Shown here: positions 17,924 through 27,285 of the stretch, one piece after another
Layout of the letters: each line of letters opens with the position of its first letter
How positions within the stretch are numbered: position 1 is the first letter of the stretch
Source: Promethearchaeota archaeon
GTDB lineage: Archaea; Asgardarchaeota; Lokiarchaeia; Sigyniarchaeales; SOKP01
DNA: 33,151 nt
Direction of reading: 5' to 3'
Assembly: GCA_048941265.1 (NCBI GenBank)
Contig: JBHLNT010000032.1
Location: 1-33,151 of the forward strand
Position numbers and translations under genes: made by a program
Notes under the pieces: generated by a model
Database searches by the model: none
Seen by the model: the letters and a program-made list of their open reading frames with translations, nothing else
Told to the model about the DNA's origin: nothing

Positions 17924-18937
17924 TTAATCATTTACTTCCCAAACTTCAAGACCTTTTGAATCAAAATGAAAATTAACAATTATACCCCCTATTTTTTCTA
18001 ATTCATGTATCACACGAAATTTCTTTTCTGGTTCAGAAAATAATAGTAAATGTCCTCCTCCCCCAGCACCAAGTAATTTGCCACCATGCACACCATATTT
18101 TCTGGATATAAGGTAAAATTTTTCAATATCTTCATTTGATATTTTTGAACTTAAACTCTTTTTCGCTAACCAACCTCTATGTAATAGATCTCCAAATTCG
18201 TTTAATGTTGATAAGTTATCAGATTCAACAATATTTTTCATAGAATGAGCTACATCTTTTAAATCGTCCATAGCTTCCATAAAAGACTTTTTTTCGAACT
18301 TATATCCCATTAAAACTTCATCTTGAATCTCTGATGAAAAATGCGAACCTCCTATGTAGCATAAGATTAAACGATAATGTAATTCGTTTAGCATTTCTTC
18401 TGAGATTTGAATTGGGCTTACATCCACGATGTTTGTAAACTTTATGAAATTAAAACCTCCATATGCAGCAGCAAATTGATCTTGGAAGCCACCCTTTTGT
18501 TTTAATTCAATCCTTTCGATTTCACATGCTTTTTGGGCAATTTGGTGTTTATCATAGCCATATTGGTAGTATTTATTGAATGCACCTATTAATGCTACAC
18601 ATAAAGAAGAGGAGCCTCCCATTCCTGATCCAGCAGGCAATTCAGAATATGTGGTAATATTAAAACCTTCATTGATCCCTAAAAAATTAACCACTCCTTT
18701 AAAAAGTTCAAAATCACTGGAATAATCCTTATTACCAATATTAAATAAAAATTCTTGATTAGAATCGATTGCAAAAATTTTAATCTTTTTATCATTTCTT
18801 GGTTCAATAGTTATATGGGCATGTCGATCGATAGTGGTACTAATAACACATCCTCCGTGTTCAGTGCAGTAGGGAGGCATGTCCGTTCCTCCACCCCCAA
18901 AACTGACACGAAACGGTGCTTTTGAACGAATTTTCAT
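17924..18937 (-). CDS. hddA: D-glycero-alpha-D-manno-heptose-7-phosphate kinase (GHMP kinase)
   Basis: RSKAPFRVSFGGGGTD, PAGSGMGGSS, GGFQDQFAAAYGGFN, GGKLLGAGGGG; adjacent to gmhA. Confidence 0.88.
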   Translation of the reverse strand: MKIRSKAPFRVSFGGGGTDMPPYCTEHGGCVISTTIDRHAHITIEPRNDKKIKIFAIDSNQEFLFNIGNKDYSSDFELFKGVVNFLGINEGFNITTYSELPAGSGMGGSSSLCVALIGAFNKYYQYGYDKHQIAQKACEIERIELKQKGGFQDQFAAAYGGFNFIKFTNIVDVSPIQISEEMLNELHYRLILCYIGGSHFSSEIQDEVLMGYKFEKKSFMEAMDDLKDVAHSMKNIVESDNLSTLNEFGDLLHRGWLAKKSLSSKISNEDIEKFYLISRKYGVHGGKLLGAGGGGHLLLFSEPEKKFRVIHELEKIGGIIVNFHFDSKGLEVWEVND

Positions 18938-19128
18938 TCTTTGAAGGATCCTTCGAAATTAATTCTAATAATAATGAATTTATTTCTTAATTGAAATAAT
19001 TTGTGAATTTAAACAGATAAATTCGATGCAGGCTATGATTAATTAATTCTTATTAAATTCAGTTAAAGAATTCTTTATTTTTAATGGAAAACTATTAATA
19101 TCAATTATTTACTTGAGAAAAAAGCTTA
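18938..19128. promoter_or_regulatory. Divergent intergenic region driving the heptose operon (-) and the SDR/wecB operon (+)
   Basis: Head-to-head gene arrangement with an AT-rich spacer. Individual promoter boxes were not resolved. Confidence 0.5.
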
Positions 19129-20262
19129 ATGACTAAAAAGATCTTAATAACAGGTGGAGCAGGTTTTATAGGATCTCATTTAGTTGATAAATTAATCGAA
19201 AAGAATAACCATGAAGTCACCGTTTTAGATATCTTAGAAGAACAAGTACATTATAAAAAAGAGTCACCACCTGAATATTTAAATAAGAAAGCGAAATTTG
19301 TAAATGGTTCTGTTGTTGATTATAACCTATTAGAGGAATTAATAAAAGAAAACGAAGTAATTTTTCATTTAGCGGCCATGGTTGGCGTTGGTCAATCAAT
19401 GTATCAGATTCAAAAGTATGTAGAACATAATATTCTCGGAACAGCAAATATGCTTGATATTTTATCCAATTCAGAGCATGATATAAAAAAATTAATTATT
19501 GCTTCATCCAATACGGTGTATGGTGAAGGAAAATATTATTGTGATAAATGCGGTGTTATTTTTCCTAAAATGAGAAAAAAAAAGCAATTAGAGAATAGAG
19601 AATGGGAGATAAAATGTCCAAATTGCGGTCTAAATGTAAAACCACTCTTAACAGATGAGGAGACTCCTTTTGATTCTAATTCAATTTATGCATTGTCAAA
19701 ACAATCACAAGAGCAAATGGGATTACTAATAGGGGATACCTATGGAATTGATACTACAATTTTACGATTTTTTTTAGTTTATGGTACTAGACAAGCTCTT
19801 TCAAATCCATATACAGGTGTATGCTCAATTTTTAGTACAAGGCTATTTAATGGTAAATCTCCAATTATTTTTGAAGATGGATTACAATCCAGAGATTTTG
19901 TTAGTGTAAAAGATGTTTGTCAAGCATTAATTCTTGCCATGGAAAAACATGAAGCTAAAAAAGAAATATTTAATGTAGCTAGTGGAGAGCCCATTACAAT
20001 TAAAGAAGTAGCAGAAATTATTACTCAAAAAATTGATTCAAAATTAACTCCAATATATACTAATCAATATCGTATAGGTGATATAAGACACTGCTTAGCG
20101 GACATAAGTAAAATTAAAAGTAAATTGGGATATAAACCAAAAATTAGCTTTAGAGAAGGAATTAGTGAAGTTGTTGAATGGATAAAACAACAATCAACAA
20201 TAGCTCGAGATGATTCCCAAAAAGCTATAAATGAATTAAGAGAAAAAGGTTTACTAAAATAA
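19129..20262 (+). CDS. NAD-dependent nucleotide-sugar epimerase/dehydratase (extended SDR) with CxxC...CxxC insertion
   Basis: TGGAGFIGSH, HLAAMVGVGQSMY, ASSNTVYGEG, CDKC/CPNC, YALSK, FEDGLQSRDFV, RIGDIRHC. Confidence 0.9.
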   Translation: MTKKILITGGAGFIGSHLVDKLIEKNNHEVTVLDILEEQVHYKKESPPEYLNKKAKFVNGSVVDYNLLEELIKENEVIFHLAAMVGVGQSMYQIQKYVEHNILGTANMLDILSNSEHDIKKLIIASSNTVYGEGKYYCDKCGVIFPKMRKKKQLENREWEIKCPNCGLNVKPLLTDEETPFDSNSIYALSKQSQEQMGLLIGDTYGIDTTILRFFLVYGTRQALSNPYTGVCSIFSTRLFNGKSPIIFEDGLQSRDFVSVKDVCQALILAMEKHEAKKEIFNVASGEPITIKEVAEIITQKIDSKLTPIYTNQYRIGDIRHCLADISKIKSKLGYKPKISFREGISEVVEWIKQQSTIARDDSQKAINELREKGLLK

Positions 20263-20285
20263 AAATTTAAAAACTGTATATTAAT

Positions 20286-21329
20286 ATGGAAAAAATTCTG
20301 ATAACAGGTGCGAATGGATTTATAGGGTCGCATTTGACTGACTTCCTTCTTACAATGGATTTTGAAATTTACGCTTTAGATTTGCCGGGAAGCCAATTCA
20401 GCAATTTAGCTCAATATATTAGAAAGAATTATAGTCTAAAAAAAGACAAAAGACTAAAAATTTTTGGAAAGGAAATTCAAATTCCTACTAATCACGAACA
20501 TATAAAAATTATTGAGTGCGATTTGAAAAATAACAAATTATTAGAAAAGATTATCTTGGAAATCAAACCAGTTTATATTTTTCATCTCGGAGCTCAATCA
20601 TTAATATTGCCATCATGGGAAGACCCTATTAGTACAATCGAAGCCAATATAATCGGTACCATTAACGTCTTTGAACCTATAAAAAAATTCAATATCATAA
20701 CTAGAGTAATTATACCAGGTACAAGTACAGAATTTGGAACCTCTGCTAGTATTGGACGTCCATTAAAGGAAACAGATCCTTTATTAGCAGTACACCCATA
20801 TGGTATAAGTAAAATAGCAGCAGAACTCCTTGGTCGGCAATATTATATTAATTTTGGAATTGAATGTGTCATTTTAAGATTTTTTAATCAGACAGGGCCG
20901 CGAAAATCATTAGGAGCTGCTGCTGATTTTACAAGAAAAGTTGCACAAATTGAGTTAGGATTAGCAAAACCTATAATTGAGGTAGGGAATTTAGATTCAT
21001 ATCGTGATTTTACAGGAATAAAAGATACAATACAAGCACTATGGCTGGCTGCAACTAAAGGAATACCCGGCGAGATTTATCATGTATGTTCTGGAAAAAA
21101 GATTCAAATTCGAAAATTATTAGAAATGACATTAAGCTTTTCAAATAAAAAAATTGATGTGTTTGAAAATATCTCAAACAAAGTAAGAAAATATGATGAA
21201 GATATTATAATTGGTGATAATTCAAAAATAAAAAATGAACTGGGATTTAAGACTTCTCAATCAATTGAGGATGTACTTAAAGATATGTATGAATATTGGA
21301 AACAATTTTATAAAAAAATAAACCCTTAA
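20286..21329 (+). CDS. GDP-sugar dehydratase/reductase (Gmd/Rmd-like SDR), copy A
   Basis: TGANGFIGSH, FHLGAQS....SWEDP, GTSTEFG, PYGISK, RFFNQTGPR, VGNLDSYRDF. Confidence 0.85.
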   Translation: MEKILITGANGFIGSHLTDFLLTMDFEIYALDLPGSQFSNLAQYIRKNYSLKKDKRLKIFGKEIQIPTNHEHIKIIECDLKNNKLLEKIILEIKPVYIFHLGAQSLILPSWEDPISTIEANIIGTINVFEPIKKFNIITRVIIPGTSTEFGTSASIGRPLKETDPLLAVHPYGISKIAAELLGRQYYINFGIECVILRFFNQTGPRKSLGAAADFTRKVAQIELGLAKPIIEVGNLDSYRDFTGIKDTIQALWLAATKGIPGEIYHVCSGKKIQIRKLLEMTLSFSNKKIDVFENISNKVRKYDEDIIIGDNSKIKNELGFKTSQSIEDVLKDMYEYWKQFYKKINP

Positions 21330-21356
21330 AAACTTAAGAATTAATAATTAGAAAAA

Positions 21357-22409
21357 GTGAGAAAAATGGATTCTATATTAGTAACTGGAGCTGACGGATT
21401 CTTGGGGTCGCATTTAATAGATTTCCTTATAGATAAAGATTATTTTATTTATGCGTTAAAAAAACCTTCAGGAAGGATCAATAATCTAACTCAATATACC
21501 AATGGCAGATTTAATTTTTCAGAAGAAGAATTTCATACTAAATATAATTCTCGAATTGAAATACATACAAATCAAAAAAACTTGACTATTTTAAAATGCG
21601 ACTTGAAAAATAGAGATTTATTAGAAAGAATAATTAAGGATTCTAATCCAAAATTCATTTTTCATTTTGGAGCACAACCATATGTGATACCCTCTTGGGA
21701 AGACCCTGTAAATACTATGGAAACTAATGTTATAGGAACAATTAATGTCTTCGAACCAATAAAAAAACATAAAATTAAATCAAAAATTATTGTAGCGTGC
21801 TCGAGTGCCGAATATGGAACTACAACAAATTTAAATCGAGCACTAAAGGAGACAGATCCACTCTTAGCAATACATCCATATGGAATTAGTAAAATTGCTT
21901 CTGAACTACTCGCTCGCCAATATTACATAAATTTTGGGATTGAAAATGTGAATTTAAGATTTTTCAATCAAACGGGTCCCAGAAAAGTTAACGATGCTTG
22001 TTCTGATTTTATAATGAGGATTGCTCAAATTGAGTTAGGTTTAGTCGAGCCTATAATCGAGGTGGGAAATTTAAATCCTTATAGAGATTTTACAGGTATA
22101 AAAGATTCGATACAGGCAATATGGTTAGCAGCGATTAAGGGAAAACCAGGTGAAACCTATAATATATGCTCGAGTAAAAAGATTCAAATACGTGAAGTCC
22201 TAAATATCGCTTTAAGTTTCTCAAAAAAAGAAATTGAAGTACGAGAAAATAATCCAAAAAAATTGAGAAAGACAGATGAAGATATTATTCTAGGAGATAA
22301 TACAAAAATAAAAAGGGAATTAGGTTTTAAGATTACTCAATCTATTGAGAATATTTTAAAAGAAATGTTTGACTATTGGATTAATTATTTTCAAAAAATT
22401 GAGAGTTAA
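21357..22409 (+). CDS. GDP-sugar dehydratase/reductase (Gmd/Rmd-like SDR), copy B
   Basis: TGADGFLGSH, FHFGAQP....SWEDP, CSSAEYG, PYGISK, RFFNQTGPR, VGNLNPYRDF; tandem paralog of copy A. Confidence 0.85.
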   Translation: MRKMDSILVTGADGFLGSHLIDFLIDKDYFIYALKKPSGRINNLTQYTNGRFNFSEEEFHTKYNSRIEIHTNQKNLTILKCDLKNRDLLERIIKDSNPKFIFHFGAQPYVIPSWEDPVNTMETNVIGTINVFEPIKKHKIKSKIIVACSSAEYGTTTNLNRALKETDPLLAIHPYGISKIASELLARQYYINFGIENVNLRFFNQTGPRKVNDACSDFIMRIAQIELGLVEPIIEVGNLNPYRDFTGIKDSIQAIWLAAIKGKPGETYNICSSKKIQIREVLNIALSFSKKEIEVRENNPKKLRKTDEDIILGDNTKIKRELGFKITQSIENILKEMFDYWINYFQKIES

Positions 22410-22454
22410 TCGTTAAATAATAAATAAAAATTTAGAATTTAATTATAAAAATAC

Positions 22455-23549
22455 ATGTCAAAACCAATTTTTCTTGTTGCGGGAGCAAGACCGAATTTTA
22501 TGAAAATTGCACCATTGATAAGAGAGTTAAATAAAAAAAAAATTGAATTTAAATTAATACATACTGGACAACATTATGATTATGAAATGTCAAAAATCTT
22601 CTTTGAAGGATTAGGCATCCCAGAACCAGATATTTACTTAAACGTGGGTTCTGCATCTCATGCCATTCAGACTGCAAAAATTATGATTGAATTTGAGAAA
22701 GTTATCTTAAATGAAATCCCTTCATTAGTAGTAGTGGTGGGTGACGTTAATTCCACATTAGCTTGTTCTCTCGTAGCAAAAAAACTTAATATTAAAATCG
22801 CACATATTGAAGCTGGATTAAGGAGTTTTGACCAGAGAATGCCTGAAGAAATTAATAGAATTCTAACGGATCAGTTATCTGATTTTTTATTTATAACAGA
22901 ATCCTCCGCAGAAGTTAATTTAAAAAGAGAGGGCATTAACCAGAATAAAGTATTTTTTGTCGGAAATATAATGATTGACAATTTATTAATAAATTTAGAG
23001 AAAGCAAAACATCTAAATACAATAACAAAATATAACTTAAATACAAAAGATTTTGCCTTGGTGACAATTCATCGCCCATCAAATGTCGACAATGTTACTA
23101 GTCTAAAAAAGGTTATCCGAATAATGAATTATATTCAGGAGAGAATGACAATTTTCTTTCCAATTCATCCAAGAACAAGAAAAAGATTAAAAGAGTTTGA
23201 TCTAGAAAAAGAACTAATTAGCTCCAATCTAATTTTATCAGAACCTATCGGTTATTTAGAATTTTTGAATTTGATGTTAAACTCAAAAGTTATCCTAACC
23301 GATTCAGGTGGTATTCAGGAAGAGGCTTCTTATCTTAAAGTCCCAGTTCTGACTTTAAGAGAAAATACTGAAAGACCTATAACAATCGAAAAAGGTACAA
23401 ATGAACTTGTAAACACAAACTTTGAAAAAATTAAGAATTATATCGAAAAAATTATGACTAATAAATATAAAAAAGGACAAAATATTGAAAAATGGGATGG
23501 AAAAACCTCAGAAAGAATTATAAATATTATTGAAAAAAGCTTATATTAG
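22455..23549 (+). CDS. wecB: UDP-N-acetylglucosamine 2-epimerase (non-hydrolysing)
   Basis: GARPNFMKIAP, HTGQHYD, GDVNST, HIEAGLRS...MPEEINR, TDSGGIQEEA, LRENTERP. Confidence 0.92.
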   Translation: MSKPIFLVAGARPNFMKIAPLIRELNKKKIEFKLIHTGQHYDYEMSKIFFEGLGIPEPDIYLNVGSASHAIQTAKIMIEFEKVILNEIPSLVVVVGDVNSTLACSLVAKKLNIKIAHIEAGLRSFDQRMPEEINRILTDQLSDFLFITESSAEVNLKREGINQNKVFFVGNIMIDNLLINLEKAKHLNTITKYNLNTKDFALVTIHRPSNVDNVTSLKKVIRIMNYIQERMTIFFPIHPRTRKRLKEFDLEKELISSNLILSEPIGYLEFLNLMLNSKVILTDSGGIQEEASYLKVPVLTLRENTERPITIEKGTNELVNTNFEKIKNYIEKIMTNKYKKGQNIEKWDGKTSERIINIIEKSLY

Positions 23550-23594
23550 TTTATTAGTATTAAAAAGATCAATAAATAAAAAAAAACTTAATAG

Positions 23595-26500
23595 CTACTT
23601 TACTATCTCAACAAGAATTTTAATTTCTTTATCCTGAATTTTAAATGAAAAGGGTTTGCCCTTTTTTCCCTTACTAATTTTAATACAACCAATATCTTCT
23701 TTCACGGTATCTAAGAAATCTCCTAGTTCTTTTTCAAGATTTATATCATTAGCTATGTTGATTATGATCCTTTCTTTGAATCTGGATAAATTCAATTTTT
23801 TGCGTATATTTTGAAGGTTTCTGATAAATTCTCTGGAAAATCCCTCTATTAATAATTCGTCATCCAATTCTGAATTAATTAAAATTGTACCAATACCGAA
23901 GACCTTAACCTCATATGGCTGTTTGCCATTTTGTACAATCTGCGTATGCTCTTTTGTTATTTCATACTCCTTCTTGTTAAGCTTTGTAATAAATTTTCCT
24001 TTAAGCATTTTTTGTTTAAAATCCTCCAACTCCATAGAAATCAAAAGTTTTTCAATTTTTTCTCGATCTTTCTTAAAATCTTTACCTATTGCTCCTTTAT
24101 TCAGAATTATCTCTTCAGTGTATAATGATTTTGCCTTATCATCGTCGATAAACTTAATATTTTTAACATTTAACTCAAACTTGATTAATTCATCAAATTT
24201 TTCTACAATAGCTTTATGTTTATCGTCTATATTCATCAAATATTCCTTAATTGGTTGTCTTATCTTTATTTTCACTTGTTCTCTTAATGCGCGTAAGTCT
24301 TGGATCAAATCAATTAAAAAATCCATTTCTTCGATTATAAAATCATCAACCAATTTTTCCTTCCCTTCAGGAAAATCTATTAGATGAACTGATTTAGCAT
24401 CTTTCATATATTCAAAGTCCTTTTGCATTTTTAAAAAAACTCTTTCTGTTAAGAATGGAACAAAAGGTGCCATTAATCTATTTAAGATATCAAAAGTATA
24501 AAATATAACATTGTAAGCTTCCTGATCTTTCTCAAGTAAGCGTTTTCTTACTAATCTTAAATACCAATTACTTAATTGATTAATTACGAAATTTTGAATA
24601 CCATCAGCGGCTTTAAAAATTAAATAATCATCAAGTAATTCCTTAACTTCTTGGGCTAATGAATTAACTTTACTTATTAACCAGAGATCTAGTTGATCAT
24701 TAAGTTTTTCTGGATTGAAGTGTAATGTAGGTTTAATCTGATTGTTTGTTGCATTATTATAAAACAATAGGAACGAATTCCAATATTTTACAATGAATTG
24801 AGAAACAACATATCGAACTATATCCACGCTCATTCGTTTTTCTTTATGTGGGGGGCCCGAAACATAATAATACCATCGTAATGCGTCTGAGCCTTCCGAA
24901 TCAAAAATAGTCCAAGGATCGATAGTATTACCTAGACTTTTACTCATTTTCCGACCTTCAGCATCTAATATTATTCCATTTACTACGCAGTTATGAAACG
25001 CATTTTGGTTAAACACAACAGTAGCTATTGCATGTAAAGTATAAAACCAGCCTCTAGTTTGATCCATACCCTCCGCAATAAAATCAACTGGATATGCCCC
25101 TCCTTTTTCAACCAGATCTTTATTTTCGAACGGATAATGATATTGTGCAAATGGAGCAGCACCAGAATCATACCAACAATCAATCACTTCTGGGGTTCTA
25201 TTCATATCACTTTTACATTTTGGGCATGGAATCAAAACCTCATCAATCATTGGCTTATGGTAATCTTCAAGAACAACATTACCTTTTGATAATGTCTTTA
25301 GTTCATCATATGAACCAATAGCTAACATATGATTGCATTTTTTATTTGTACAAATCCAAATTGGTAAGGGTGTCCCCCAAAACCTTTCTCGGGAGATTGC
25401 CCAATCTCTGACATTATCTAAAAAATTTCCAAACCTTCCAGTTCCTATCATTTTAGGAACCCAATTCACTTTCGAATTTGTTTCTAATAAATCTTCTCTG
25501 AATCGAGACATCTGAATAAACCACGATTCTCGAGCATAATATAATAGTGCCCGTTGACATCGCCAACAGAAAGGATAATCGTGCGCATAATCTCTTATAT
25601 CTAATAACTTACCCATTTTCTTTAGTTGATTAACTACCCATTTATCGGTATCCCATACACCCTTTTTTCCAATATCTTCTCTATGAATCTTAAAATATTT
25701 ACCCGCAAGTTCTGGAATTGAATCATCAAAATATCCCTTTTCATCAATTGGTTGTATAAAAGGGAGTCCAAATTCTTCACCTACATTATAATCGTCCTCT
25801 CCAAATGCAGGTGCGATATGAACGAATCCTGTTGAAATGTTATCTGAAGTAGGTTCAGTATTCACAAAGTCTGCTGTTATGACGATAAATCCGTTTTTTT
25901 TTGAAAGGTGTTTAAAATATGGAAATAATGGCTCATATTTTTGATAGAACAAATCTGAGCCAAAAAATTCCCTAATTTTTTTATAATTACCTTCTCCTAA
26001 AACCGTATCTAATAAAGCTGTAGCAATTATGAGCTTTTCTTTATTACATTCAACTAATGAATAGCGTCCATCGGGATTTGCTGCTATTGCCACATTGCTT
26101 AATAAAGTCCATGGTGTAGTCGTCCATGCTACTATTTTCACATCCTTATAATTTGGATCTAAAAGTTTAAAAGTGATATATACGGATGTCTCTGTTATAT
26201 TTTCATAGCCAAGGGAAATTTCATGGGAAGATAAGGGAGTTTCACAACGCGGACAAAAAGGAACGACTTTTTTCCCTTGATATAGCAATCCTTTATCGAA
26301 TATCTGTTTTAAGGACCACCAAATCGACTCGATATAGTAATTTTCATAGGTAATATATGGATTTTCCATGTCTAACCAAAATGCCATTCTTTCTGTTAAT
26401 TTCTCCCATTCTTTGATATATTTAAACACACTTTCACGGCATTTTTTGTTAAATTTGTCAATTCCATAATCCAGAATGTCTTTTTTAGTTTTGAGACCTA

Positions 26501-26774
26501 ATTCTTTTTCAATTTCAAGCTCAACAGGTAATCCATGGGTATCCCATCCCGCTTTTCTTGGAACCCAGTATCCTTCCATAAATTTAAACCGCAGTATGAT
26601 ATCTTTTATACTTCTAGAATATACATGGTGGATACCTGGTAAACCATTAGCCGTAGGGGGACCTTCAGTGAATTGATACCTGCCTAATGGCTTCTCTGCT
26701 TCCAGAATTAATTTAATTATTGAAATTGAGTCCCAGTATTCTAAAATCTTTTGTTCTTCTTCGGGTAAAGTCAT
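23595..26774 (-). CDS. ileS: Isoleucine--tRNA ligase (IleRS type 2)
   Basis: EGPPTANGLPGIHH (HIGH position), GWDTHGLP, WTTTPWTL, TGFVHIAPAFGEDD, DWAISRERFWGTP, EGMDQTRGWFY, KMSKS. Confidence 0.97.
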   Translation of the reverse strand: MTLPEEEQKILEYWDSISIIKLILEAEKPLGRYQFTEGPPTANGLPGIHHVYSRSIKDIILRFKFMEGYWVPRKAGWDTHGLPVELEIEKELGLKTKKDILDYGIDKFNKKCRESVFKYIKEWEKLTERMAFWLDMENPYITYENYYIESIWWSLKQIFDKGLLYQGKKVVPFCPRCETPLSSHEISLGYENITETSVYITFKLLDPNYKDVKIVAWTTTPWTLLSNVAIAANPDGRYSLVECNKEKLIIATALLDTVLGEGNYKKIREFFGSDLFYQKYEPLFPYFKHLSKKNGFIVITADFVNTEPTSDNISTGFVHIAPAFGEDDYNVGEEFGLPFIQPIDEKGYFDDSIPELAGKYFKIHREDIGKKGVWDTDKWVVNQLKKMGKLLDIRDYAHDYPFCWRCQRALLYYARESWFIQMSRFREDLLETNSKVNWVPKMIGTGRFGNFLDNVRDWAISRERFWGTPLPIWICTNKKCNHMLAIGSYDELKTLSKGNVVLEDYHKPMIDEVLIPCPKCKSDMNRTPEVIDCWYDSGAAPFAQYHYPFENKDLVEKGGAYPVDFIAEGMDQTRGWFYTLHAIATVVFNQNAFHNCVVNGIILDAEGRKMSKSLGNTIDPWTIFDSEGSDALRWYYYVSGPPHKEKRMSVDIVRYVVSQFIVKYWNSFLLFYNNATNNQIKPTLHFNPEKLNDQLDLWLISKVNSLAQEVKELLDDYLIFKAADGIQNFVINQLSNWYLRLVRKRLLEKDQEAYNVIFYTFDILNRLMAPFVPFLTERVFLKMQKDFEYMKDAKSVHLIDFPEGKEKLVDDFIIEEMDFLIDLIQDLRALREQVKIKIRQPIKEYLMNIDDKHKAIVEKFDELIKFELNVKNIKFIDDDKAKSLYTEEIILNKGAIGKDFKKDREKIEKLLISMELEDFKQKMLKGKFITKLNKKEYEITKEHTQIVQNGKQPYEVKVFGIGTILINSELDDELLIEGFSREFIRNLQNIRKKLNLSRFKERIIINIANDINLEKELGDFLDTVKEDIGCIKISKGKKGKPFSFKIQDKEIKILVEIVK

Positions 26775-26918
26775 ATTATATCAATGATGTTACATAAAGA
26801 ATTCTTTCATAACTATAAACATCGATTTTATAAGAATTTTGGGATTCTTCTCTAAAAATGATAACTTTGAAAAATCTTAATGCTACATGATTACATAACA
26901 TTAAATATTAATGATACT

Positions 26919-26934
26919 TAATTAAATATAATTA
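26919..26934 (+). promoter_or_regulatory. TAATTA-N4-TAATTA element containing TATA-like TTAAATATA
   Basis: taattaaatataatta ends 21 nt before ATG 26956. The same motif recurs at 28268..28283. Confidence 0.45.
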
Positions 26935-26955
26935 AAAAAATTTTTTTGAAATTTT

Positions 26956-27090
26956 ATGAAACCCGGAAAAATTCCTAGTTTATCACACAGAGAAAAAGAA
27001 ATTTTTTCGCAAGGTCTAATGATTGGAGTAATAATTGGTATCATAATTTTTACGGTTATTTGTTGTTTTTTAGATATATTAAATGTATAA
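26956..27090 (+). CDS. 44-aa single-TM glycine-zipper micro-protein (not in ORF track)
   Basis: Hand translation: MKPGKIPSLSHREKEIFSQGLMIGVIIGIIIFTVICCFLDILNV. TATA-like box at leaderless spacing; paralog at 28125. Confidence 0.65.
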   Translation: MKPGKIPSLSHREKEIFSQGLMIGVIIGIIIFTVICCFLDILNV

Positions 27091-27119
27091 AAAAGAAATT
27101 TTAATGAGCTTAGGTAAAA

Positions 27120-27272
27120 ATGAAAAATTGGGATATAGGTCAAGAAGCGAAAGAATTAGATGAAAGACCATTTTCTGAAAGAATGAGGATAAAGAAAACT
27201 TCAATAAAAAAGGTAATGGGATTCCTTATCATATATTTCATTATTATGGGTATTTTCTATATCGTTCTCTGA
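27120..27272 (+). CDS. 50-aa tail-anchored membrane micro-protein (not in ORF track)
   Basis: Hand translation: MKNWDIGQEAKELDERPFSERMRIKKTSIKKVMGFLIIYFIIMGIFYIVL. SD-like 'aggt' upstream; fills the gap before tauE. Confidence 0.6.
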   Translation: MKNWDIGQEAKELDERPFSERMRIKKTSIKKVMGFLIIYFIIMGIFYIVL

Positions 27273-27285
27273 TGAGGATATAACT

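Noticed and set aside
23923-24387. 154-aa + strand ORF inside ileS
   Set aside because: Mirror-frame antisense ORF; the S/F/I-rich composition reflects K/E codons on the coding strand.
26922-27143. 73-aa minus-strand ORF
   Set aside because: Antisense to the better-supported + strand micro-ORF, which has a paralog and a promoter-like element.
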